Positions 30,247 through 38,820 of a DNA stretch of 64,000 nucleotides are shown in pieces. Source of the DNA: Clostridium celatum DSM 1785 (GTDB lineage: Bacteria; Bacillota; Clostridia; Clostridiales; Clostridiaceae); assembly GCF_000320405.1 (NCBI RefSeq), contig NZ_KB291616.1, positions 16,833-80,832 on the forward strand, in the 5' to 3' direction. The position numbers were made by a program, and so were the translations under genes. The number at the start of each line of letters is the position of its first letter. Within the stretch, counting starts at the first letter, position 1. The notes below the pieces were generated by a model. That model was not told where the DNA came from, made no database searches, and saw only the letters and a program-made list of their open reading frames with translations.

Positions 30247-30864
30247 TTGTCTTCAGATCTTAAGGAAGTAAAAAGATTGAAAGAAGTATTATGTAGAAAA
30301 AAAGTATCTCAAATAAAAAAGAAATATCATAAAGCTGAAAAGAAAGTATGTAAAAAGATATTTGAAGATTATAATTATAAAGATTATGATTTTTTGCTTA
30401 AAAGTAGATTTATAGAGTTTAGAAAGAGATACTTTAGTAAACTTTATAAGAATGTTAATGATTTAGTTAATAATTACATTGGAAGTTTAGAAGGTGAAAT
30501 GCAAGAATATATTGATGAAATAGAGAGAAATAGAAGTTTTGAAGTTATAGCTTTAGTAAAGAGTATTTTAGATAGAAATTGTATACTATGGGCATTGTTT
30601 GATGATTATATTGAATGTAAGAAAAAATGTATTTGTCCAGAAGTTATTAGTCTTATTGTATGTGAAGAACATAAAAGTGCAGCTTTAAATATTTTTAATG
30701 TTTTAGGAGTCAGAGATAATGAAGGCATATATGATATTAATAGTGTAAAAATTAGGCTTTGTTTTGCTTTTACTATTGATGATAATATGTATAACTTAAC
30801 TAATGATAATATAAGATATTGTCCTGTTGAAGATGAAGAATTACCAATATTAAAAGTCTATTAA
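30247..30864 (+). CDS. Hypothetical Lys-rich and Cys-containing protein (TTG start)
   Basis: ORF after GGGGGGATTAA. No family recognised. Confidence 0.4.
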   Translation: MSSDLKEVKRLKEVLCRKKVSQIKKKYHKAEKKVCKKIFEDYNYKDYDFLLKSRFIEFRKRYFSKLYKNVNDLVNNYIGSLEGEMQEYIDEIERNRSFEVIALVKSILDRNCILWALFDDYIECKKKCICPEVISLIVCEEHKSAALNIFNVLGVRDNEGIYDINSVKIRLCFAFTIDDNMYNLTNDNIRYCPVEDEELPILKVY

Positions 30865-31150
30865 TACATTGATTATAAATGATAAATTTCAAGGTAAAGG
30901 ATATTTGATTCAATTTATCTGTAAGAAAATAAAACATATTAAGAAATTAACTAAAAATATTTAGTGAATGAAAAAACTGCGATTAATTTTTATATCGCAG
31001 TTTTTACTTTAGAAAAAGTAAATTTATTTATATATTTAAAGAATAATATTATATAGTATAAAAATTAGAATAAATACTTAATATATACAAAATATGAAAA
31101 TGTGTTAAAATAATAAAGTTATACTAAAACTTTTAATAGGAGACATAACT

Positions 31151-34100
31151 ATGATTAATATATCAAGGATACTAATATATATATTACAAGGATGTTCAGG
31201 TGCAGTTGCAGGGTATATTACAAATAAATATGCAGTAAGCATGCTATTTAAGGAATACATACCCTTTAAGATAGGAAATAAAGTAATACTTAATTATAAA
31301 GTTGGAGGAGTTATAAAAAATAGAAAAAAAGAATTTGTTGAGGAAATAAGTTCTCTAGTTGAAAGAGATATAATAAATGGTAAATCTTTAAAGGAAAGCT
31401 TAGCGAGCGATAAGGTAAGAAAAGAGATAACAAATATCTTTAATACTTTCTTAAATAAAGCATTAAGTGAAGCCTTTAATGATAAGACTTTAAGTAAATT
31501 AAAAGGATTTAATAATAGTATAGAAAATATAAGAGTATTTACTAATGAAAATTCTGAAGAAATATTAACTGGACTTTTACAAAAGTGTGCTGAAAATATT
31601 GATTTAAATAAACTGTTATCACAAAAACAAATTGAATCTGTAAGTGAAAATTTATATAAATTAATATCTGAAGGAATAAATGAAAATAGTAGTATTTTAA
31701 ATACTATAGATAACATATATAATGAGAGTTCTAATATTAAGGTTAATGATTTAATTAGTGATAATACTATTAGAATTATTAAGGAAAATATAAATTACAT
31801 AATTACAGATATTATCGAAGAGTATTTTAGTAATGATGAAAATATAATAGACTTAACAAAGAAGTTAATTGATTTAAGTGAAATAGTAGAAGTAATAGAT
31901 AGCCTTCAAGTTAAATTAAAAGAGAAAGTTTTAGAAGATTTTATTGATGATAAAGAAATTGAAGCTTTTGGAATAGAAATTAGCAATTATTTATGTAAGT
32001 ACTTAAAGTCTAATGAAGGAATTAAGCTTACAAGTGATATTATTAAAGAGTTTATTGAAATAATTAAAGAAATAGATCTTTCACTTTATGATATTATGCC
32101 AAATGAAATAGGGGAAAGGCTAACAAACTTTATCAATGAAAAGCTTCCTATATTTTTACCTTATATAAGTGAATGGATATTAGCTAATAAAGATGAATTT
32201 GATAATATAATTGAGCAATCCATAGATGAAGGTATTGAAAATATGGATGCTAGCATTAAAAGACTTATAGTATCATTAGTTAGAGAACATTTCTTAGATG
32301 ATATTAGTACTAAAAATGAAGTTATAAACAAAATAGTTAATTTTATTGAAGCTTATAAATTAGATAATAGTGAAGCTAAAAAATTAAGTACTGGTATAGT
32401 TAAGTATTTAAAGAATACAAAAATTAAAGATATTGTTATAGCATTAGAAAATAATAATATTTTAAATGATAATATTATTAATAAAGTAAGTGAATTTGTT
32501 ATTAATGAACTTTCTAATAATGGTACTAACTTAGTAAATCAATTATTAGTAATGCAAAAAAATAAAAAGATTGGTGATTTTGTAACTGTTGATTTTAAAG
32601 AACTTTTCAATAAAAAAGGATTAGAAATTATAAGTGGCTTTGTACTAAATAAAAAAGAAAGCTTTAAAGATATTATTTTAAAATTTACTTCAAGCAAAAT
32701 TAATTCAAAAATAGATAGTATTAAGGATAAGTCTATTAAAGATATTATTCCAGATAAACTTATTAAAAATATAAAAGATAGTAGTAATGAAAAAATAAAA
32801 GGATTGTTAATAAGCAATGAATTAGCTTTAAAGGAGTATTTAAGTAATGAAATACAAAGAGAAATAAATAAAATTGATTTAAGTAATGTTATTGAAAAGA
32901 ATAATTCTAATATAATCGAAAGTATAAAAAGTAAACTTTTAGATTTTGAAGACTTTATCTTTGATAAATGTAATGATATTAAAATAGCAGATATTATTTC
33001 TAAATTTAATAAGGATGATAAGAGAATTGCCAGTATTAGCAATGAAGCAGCTATATATCTTGAGAATAATTTAGAAGATTTATTAAAAGGGAAAATTAAA
33101 ACTATAGTTTACGATAATTTAATTAAACTTAATGAAGATGAAATTTGTGATTTAGCTCAAAAGTTTATGGGAACTGAATTACAGCCACTTTCAATATTTG
33201 GAGGAGTACTTGGATTAATTGGTGGTCTTATATTTGGATTGTTTTCAAACAATATAAGCTTATTTGGAACTTATAATAATATATATCAGTTATTAGGTTC
33301 AATACTTCTTATGGGATTAATAGGTGTATTTACAAATGTAATTGCAATTGCAATGTTATTTAGACCATATAAAAAGAATAAATTCCTTGCCAAAATACCA
33401 TTTTTAAAGCAATTTTCTTTAGGATATATTCCAGCTCATAAATCTGATTTAGCAAATGGAATTGGTAGTGTAATTGATAACGAAATATTAAATGGTATAA
33501 AAATACAAGAGTTATTTAAAAGTAAAAAGGAAACGATGAATAGCTCACTTGTTAATTTAATTTCAAATAGCAATTATAAATATTTACATGATTCACTTGT
33601 AAAAAATAAGAAGTTTGTTTGTAGGTATTTTTATAATAAACTAATTAAAGCTTCAAAGGATAATAATGAAAATATTAGCCAGATTTTAAGTGATGAAATA
33701 TTAAATATAAAAACAGATAGGATAATTAATATCATAGGAAAAGATTATATAGATTCTACTAATATAAATAGAAAGGATACTTTATATAATAAAATCGGAT
33801 GTGTAGTTAAAAAGCAAAGAGATTTATTAAATAAATATTTATTAACATACTTAGAAAAAAATATAAATTCTGATAAAAGGATAGTTAACTTATTACCAGA
33901 ATCATTACTAAATGGAATTGAAGATATATTAGATAACTTAATAAAAAATAAGACACAAGAATTATTAAAGGAGAGTGTTATTAAAGATATTATAATAAGT
34001 AGTGATGCTGCTTATAGTACTTTAACAAATAAAAGCTTACAAAATGTATTTGATAATAGCAAAATTGAAGCTTTAAAACAAGTATCTTTTAATAAAATAG

Positions 34101-35434
34101 AAGGCTTTATTTATATAGATTTAAGATATATTTTAAGTTGTAAAATCAAAGAAATCTTAACAGAAGAGTTAAGTGATGAAAAAACTATTGAATCTATGTT
34201 TAATGGTAACATTAAAAAGTTAATTGATAATAATTTAAGTAAGATAAGTGATTTCATAATTATTAAGTTAACAGATATTATAGCAGAAAAGGAAAACTAT
34301 ATTGGAGATTTTGTTAAGCAAAACATAAATTCAAGATTAAATTTCCTTCAAAAAATGGGTTATGCTATGGCTGGTGGAGATAGAATAGTTGATAATTGTG
34401 TAAATGTTGCTGTTAATAAAAATTTACCATTATTTATTAGCAAAAAGGTAAATGAAATAGAAGCTATTGTAGGTAATAGTCTAAATACTATTATTTATCC
34501 AGTAAAATTAAGTGATTTAAATATTGGAATTAATGAAATAAATAGTAGTGATTTAATTTATAATATATTTGAAGGATTAGCAAATGATAAAAAATTAAAT
34601 AAAGCTATTAATATAATCAATGATGAATTAGTTGATAAAATTAAAGAGCTAAAAATAGCTTCCCTATTACTACCTTTAAATTTAGATAATCCTGAAAAAC
34701 TATACTTAAAGTTTAAGAATGAAATAAAATTTGGTAGGAATGAAGTAATAGATAATATTAATAAAAATAGCAAATCTTTAGTGAAGTATAGTAAAGAATT
34801 ATTTAAAGATAATTTAAAACCTACTATAGAAAATATAACTTTACAGCAGGTATTTAATAATTTAACGGAAAATGATATTAAATATATTTCAGAAAAAGCT
34901 ATTAACTTACTTTTAAACAGTGAAGCTTTAAATGATGGAGTTGTTAATACACTTAAAGAAATATATTGCAAATCATTTAAAAATAAAGATATATCTATTA
35001 TTTTAAATGATGAATTGTTAACAAAAGATATTAAAGAAGTTATGTATAATGTTTTAATAAATACAGAAATTCAAAATGAATTATTATTAGCAATTGAAAA
35101 TATATTTGATAAGTTATCTAAAGAAAACTTTAATATTTTAGATATAGAGCTTAAAGATGATATTAATAAAATAGTTTCTGAAGCAATATTAAATGTTCTT
35201 ATTATTCATACAAAAGCAATACTAGAAAGCTTAGAGCTTAAAGATATAACCTATAAGCAAATTGAAAAAATGGATTCTAAAGAAATAAATGATTTATTTG
35301 ACTCCTTTGCTGGTGAATATTTTAAAAAACTATATGGCTATGGTATGGTTGGAGCAGTATTTGGAATAAATTTATGGATTCCTATTATATGGGCTATTAT
35401 TGAATATATTAGAGGGAAAAAGAATCTTAATTAA
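31151..35434 (+). CDS. Giant (1427 aa) DUF445/YheB-like membrane-associated protein with a duplicated DUF445 N-terminal motif and a long Asn/Lys/Ile-rich low-complexity extension
   Basis: N-terminus AVAGYITNKYAVSMLFKEY. An internal second copy, FTNVIAIAMLFRPYKKNKFLAKIPFLKQFSLGYIPAHKSDLANGIGSVIDNEILNG, is canonical for DUF445. C-terminal YGYGMVGAVFGINLWIPIIWAIIEY is typical of the DUF445 end. The 4.3-kb uninterrupted ORF in AT-rich DNA cannot be chance. Confidence 0.6.
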   Translation: MINISRILIYILQGCSGAVAGYITNKYAVSMLFKEYIPFKIGNKVILNYKVGGVIKNRKKEFVEEISSLVERDIINGKSLKESLASDKVRKEITNIFNTFLNKALSEAFNDKTLSKLKGFNNSIENIRVFTNENSEEILTGLLQKCAENIDLNKLLSQKQIESVSENLYKLISEGINENSSILNTIDNIYNESSNIKVNDLISDNTIRIIKENINYIITDIIEEYFSNDENIIDLTKKLIDLSEIVEVIDSLQVKLKEKVLEDFIDDKEIEAFGIEISNYLCKYLKSNEGIKLTSDIIKEFIEIIKEIDLSLYDIMPNEIGERLTNFINEKLPIFLPYISEWILANKDEFDNIIEQSIDEGIENMDASIKRLIVSLVREHFLDDISTKNEVINKIVNFIEAYKLDNSEAKKLSTGIVKYLKNTKIKDIVIALENNNILNDNIINKVSEFVINELSNNGTNLVNQLLVMQKNKKIGDFVTVDFKELFNKKGLEIISGFVLNKKESFKDIILKFTSSKINSKIDSIKDKSIKDIIPDKLIKNIKDSSNEKIKGLLISNELALKEYLSNEIQREINKIDLSNVIEKNNSNIIESIKSKLLDFEDFIFDKCNDIKIADIISKFNKDDKRIASISNEAAIYLENNLEDLLKGKIKTIVYDNLIKLNEDEICDLAQKFMGTELQPLSIFGGVLGLIGGLIFGLFSNNISLFGTYNNIYQLLGSILLMGLIGVFTNVIAIAMLFRPYKKNKFLAKIPFLKQFSLGYIPAHKSDLANGIGSVIDNEILNGIKIQELFKSKKETMNSSLVNLISNSNYKYLHDSLVKNKKFVCRYFYNKLIKASKDNNENISQILSDEILNIKTDRIINIIGKDYIDSTNINRKDTLYNKIGCVVKKQRDLLNKYLLTYLEKNINSDKRIVNLLPESLLNGIEDILDNLIKNKTQELLKESVIKDIIISSDAAYSTLTNKSLQNVFDNSKIEALKQVSFNKIEGFIYIDLRYILSCKIKEILTEELSDEKTIESMFNGNIKKLIDNNLSKISDFIIIKLTDIIAEKENYIGDFVKQNINSRLNFLQKMGYAMAGGDRIVDNCVNVAVNKNLPLFISKKVNEIEAIVGNSLNTIIYPVKLSDLNIGINEINSSDLIYNIFEGLANDKKLNKAINIINDELVDKIKELKIASLLLPLNLDNPEKLYLKFKNEIKFGRNEVIDNINKNSKSLVKYSKELFKDNLKPTIENITLQQVFNNLTENDIKYISEKAINLLLNSEALNDGVVNTLKEIYCKSFKNKDISIILNDELLTKDIKEVMYNVLINTEIQNELLLAIENIFDKLSKENFNILDIELKDDINKIVSEAILNVLIIHTKAILESLELKDITYKQIEKMDSKEINDLFDSFAGEYFKKLYGYGMVGAVFGINLWIPIIWAIIEYIRGKKNLN

Positions 35435-35637
35435 ACTAAGTTATCCTAAAAATCAAGTTATAAATAAATTAAAAATTTATAACTTGATTTTTATAAATAT
35501 ATTGTTAATAGCTTTATAATTTTTATAGCTAAATAAACTTATTATCTGGTTGTTAAATTAATATAAAGTATTGATTATTTTAAAGGAGTATTAAATTAAA
35601 AAAATAATTAATAGTTAAACAAAAGGTGGAATGAAAA

Positions 35638-36156
35638 ATGGAGTTTAGAAAAACAATTAAAACAGATATAGATAGTGTAATGAATATTATTAGACAAGCC
35701 CAGGAGTATTTTAAGATACAGGGAATTAACCAATGGCAAGACAATTATCCTAATCCGGATGTAATTAATAGTGATATTGCTAAGGGAGAAAGCTACGTAT
35801 TATTAAAAGATGATAATATTGTAGCTACTGCCGCCATTTCTTTTGATGGGGAAAAGACATACGAATCTATTTATGAAGGTAAATGGATTACTAACAATAA
35901 ATTTGCAGTTATTCATAGAATAGCTGTTGACAATAATTATAAAGGATTAGGATTATCATCAAAAATTATTAAATACGTTGAAGAGCTTTGCTTAAATAAA
36001 GATGTTTATAGTATAAAGATAGATACACATGAAGAAAATATTTCTATGCAAAAATTACTTGAGAAAAATGACTTTAAATATTGTGGAATAATCTATTTAG
36101 CAGATAAAAGTAAAAGAGTTGCTTTTGAGAAGGTGTTAAATAAAAATAGCAAATAA
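35638..36156 (+). CDS. GNAT family N-acetyltransferase
   Basis: HRIAVDNNYKGLGLSSKII acetyl-CoA motif. 172 aa. Confidence 0.8.
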   Translation: MEFRKTIKTDIDSVMNIIRQAQEYFKIQGINQWQDNYPNPDVINSDIAKGESYVLLKDDNIVATAAISFDGEKTYESIYEGKWITNNKFAVIHRIAVDNNYKGLGLSSKIIKYVEELCLNKDVYSIKIDTHEENISMQKLLEKNDFKYCGIIYLADKSKRVAFEKVLNKNSK

Positions 36157-36372
36157 TAGATTAATTGTTTTAGTATAATACAAATTAATCAAGGAGCTTG
36201 TTTAAAAATAACCTATAAGTTAATACTTATAAAAGAGTATTAACTTATAGGTTATTTTTATAATATTACCTTTTTATATAAAGCCATATTTAAATTTAAT
36301 ATAAATAATGAATATTATGTATAGTTGATAAATATATTTATAATAATTTACTAGTTAGGGGGAGTATAATAA

Positions 36373-36945
36373 TTGAAAATTAGTGATGAAATAAAAGAGC
36401 ATAGCATTTCTGAACATATAGGGCAAAAAGAAGATTACTATGAATATATAAAAGAATCTAAAGAAGAGCTTGTTGAAGAAATTACAAAAAGAATTATAAG
36501 TGAAATTAAAAGAGAAAAAAATAATGTAATAAATAATATATATGTTAAGGAAATAGAAGAAGAGGAGGAAGAAGAAGAAGTCATTGATAATAAAATACAA
36601 TGGGCTCCAATTATAGTTGTTATATTAATAGGAATGTTTTTTTTATTTATATTAGTTTATTTTACTTCTAATAGTGAAATTTCAGATAATAGTAAAGTAT
36701 TAACTGAAAGTGCAGAAGAAAAAGTAGTTTTAGTAACTCCTATTACTGACTCAATAGAAGAAAATGAAGAATTAAGAGAAAGTATGGAAAAAAATGAAGT
36801 TAAACATTCTAATGTAATAGAAAGTTTATTTTCATTTACTAATAATTCTACTGATATTCAGTCAATAGATTTTAAAGCTTTTGAAAAGTCAGTTAAAAAA
36901 AGTATAATTGATATACTTGATAAAGTAAAAGAATCATTAGAATAA
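36373..36945 (+). CDS. Hypothetical single-pass membrane protein with a poly-Glu tract
   Basis: TTG start after GGGGGAG. EEEEEEEEV run. TM helix WAPIIVVILIGMFFLFILVYF. Confidence 0.4.
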   Translation: MKISDEIKEHSISEHIGQKEDYYEYIKESKEELVEEITKRIISEIKREKNNVINNIYVKEIEEEEEEEEVIDNKIQWAPIIVVILIGMFFLFILVYFTSNSEISDNSKVLTESAEEKVVLVTPITDSIEENEELRESMEKNEVKHSNVIESLFSFTNNSTDIQSIDFKAFEKSVKKSIIDILDKVKESLE

Positions 36946-36970
36946 AAAGAGCTGAAATCAGCTCTTTTTA
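36945..36970. terminator. Bidirectional terminator between convergent genes
   Basis: AAAAGAGCTGA-AA-TCAGCTCTTTT perfect 11-bp hairpin. Confidence 0.6.
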
Positions 36971-38326
36971 CTATGAGGCAATTATATTTTCATTAGTAGA
37001 TAATTTCTCTTTTCTATTTTGCCAATAAAAATATCCGAAACAAATTATAATTGAAACAAAGGTAGAGATTGGTGCTGCTAACCCCAACTCATAAAGGGTA
37101 GCTCCATCAATTCTGCTTATAAAATAGGTTAACGGAATTCTAAACCCAAAAGTAGCAATTAAACTATGAATAAGAGAAATTGTTGATTTTCCTTGTCCAC
37201 TAAAATATCCATTCATACAAAATACGAAGCTTACCATAATACAATCAATAGAAAAAGATTTTAAATATTCTCCTGCAACTTTTACAACATTGATATCATT
37301 TGAGAAAATTGAAGTTAGTGTTTCGGGATATAGTTGAGAATATATCATTGCTAAAACCCCAAATATCAAAGAATAAATTATTCCATAACGAAGAACCGTC
37401 TTAGCTCTCTTAATTTCTCCAGCGCCAATATTTTGTGCCGTCATTGCAGAAACAGTAGAACCAAAAGCTGTAGGAGGAAGCATTGCAAATATAATAATCT
37501 TTTCAACTACCCCAACAGCAGCTGAAGCAACTAATCCCATTGTATTTATTACAGCTGTAATAATTAAAAATGATATATTAACTAAAGCATCCTGTAGAGC
37601 TAGTGGAAATCCTACTATTAATATATATTTAACAGACTCCTTGTCCAATTTAAAATGTTTTTTGTTTATTTCAAAAGAAAATCCTTTCTTAATCATATAA
37701 ATTAAAGAAATTATAAAGCTTATTGCTTGTGATGAAATAGTAGCTATTGCTGCTCCAATTGCTCCAAATTTTAATACACCAACTAAAACAACGTCAACAA
37801 TTATATTTACTATACAAGCTATTAATACAAAGTATACTGGGGTCTTTGAATCGCCTAATCCTCTAAATATACCACTTACAGCATTGTAACCAATAATAAA
37901 AGGAATGCCTAATGAACAAATTATAATATATTGTCTTGTAAAGCTAATAGCTTCTAGTGGTGTATGCATTAGAGAAATAGCAGAATTTGTTGCTAAAAAC
38001 ATTAATGGCGTTAATATTATTGCAAATAGTATAAATAGAATACTTAATGATCCGATAGCTTTTGCTGTTCCTTCAGCATTCTTTTCTCCTATACGTCTAC
38101 CAATTAATACTGTTCCACCCATTGAAATACCTAAAATTATACCAGTTATAGTTTGCATTACCTGACTACCAATAGCTACAGCTGAAACTGCAGCCGAATC
38201 TGAGAATTGACCAACAACAAATAAGTCGGCAGCTCCATATAATGCTTGTAATAAGCTTGCAAATAAAACTGGGATTGCAAATTTTAATAGTGTTGTACTG
38301 ATTTTACCTTTCGTTAAATTACTCAT
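36971..38326 (-). CDS. MATE family efflux transporter (NorM-like)
   Basis: LLKFAIPVLFASLLQALYGAADLFVVGQ N-terminal MATE signature. 12 TM. Confidence 0.85.
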   Translation of the reverse strand: MSNLTKGKISTTLLKFAIPVLFASLLQALYGAADLFVVGQFSDSAAVSAVAIGSQVMQTITGIILGISMGGTVLIGRRIGEKNAEGTAKAIGSLSILFILFAIILTPLMFLATNSAISLMHTPLEAISFTRQYIIICSLGIPFIIGYNAVSGIFRGLGDSKTPVYFVLIACIVNIIVDVVLVGVLKFGAIGAAIATISSQAISFIISLIYMIKKGFSFEINKKHFKLDKESVKYILIVGFPLALQDALVNISFLIITAVINTMGLVASAAVGVVEKIIIFAMLPPTAFGSTVSAMTAQNIGAGEIKRAKTVLRYGIIYSLIFGVLAMIYSQLYPETLTSIFSNDINVVKVAGEYLKSFSIDCIMVSFVFCMNGYFSGQGKSTISLIHSLIATFGFRIPLTYFISRIDGATLYELGLAAPISTFVSIIICFGYFYWQNRKEKLSTNENIIAS

Positions 38327-38380
38327 AGTTAATATCCTCCTATAAATATTTAATTTTGTGTATATAATATTTTTTTCTTT

Positions 38381-38433
38381 AAAACAAAAAAGCTGGATAA
38401 GCTAGTAAGCTTTCGCTTACCATCTTATCCAGC
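38381..38433 (-). terminator. Leader-region intrinsic terminator/attenuator in the 5-prime UTR of the MATE gene: nested hairpin GCTGGATAAG..(GTAAGC-GAAA-GCTTAC)..CTTATCCAGC followed by TTTTTTGTTTT on the - strand
   Basis: Seen in the sequence. Lies between the candidate promoter at 38480-38508 and RBS TAGGAGGA at about 38335. Confidence 0.5.
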
Positions 38434-38479
38434 GCAAATTTCTTAAAGAAAATTATTACACCCTCCGATGAACGATTAT

Positions 38480-38508
38480 ATTGTACAGATATAGGTAAAT
38501 TTAGTCAA
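38480..38508 (-). promoter_or_regulatory. Candidate sigma-A promoter on the - strand (TTGACT, 17 nt, TACAAT) for the MATE leader
   Basis: Near-consensus hexamers with 17-nt spacing, read on the - strand. Confidence 0.45.
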
Positions 38509-38820
38509 GAATTATTTTTTAATACCAAACAATATTAGCTACTTTTTCTAGTTCTTCTTTTGAAAAAATATCAGTTAAACATCGGTATTCTTTTGCTGAA
38601 ACACCTGCTGTTTTATAATACATATCACATCCTAAAAGATTTGAGATTTTCATTTAGTAGATAATTCGTCTGAAATAAATATATATCAAAAAACTTTTAG
38701 TAAGAAATTGCTAGAAGGCTTTTGTTATAAAAAATAGTTTTATATTTAAATATAGAATATATGTTCAAAATGTAGTATAAAATTAGTATAAGGTAAAACT
38801 CATATGAATGGAGTGAAAAT

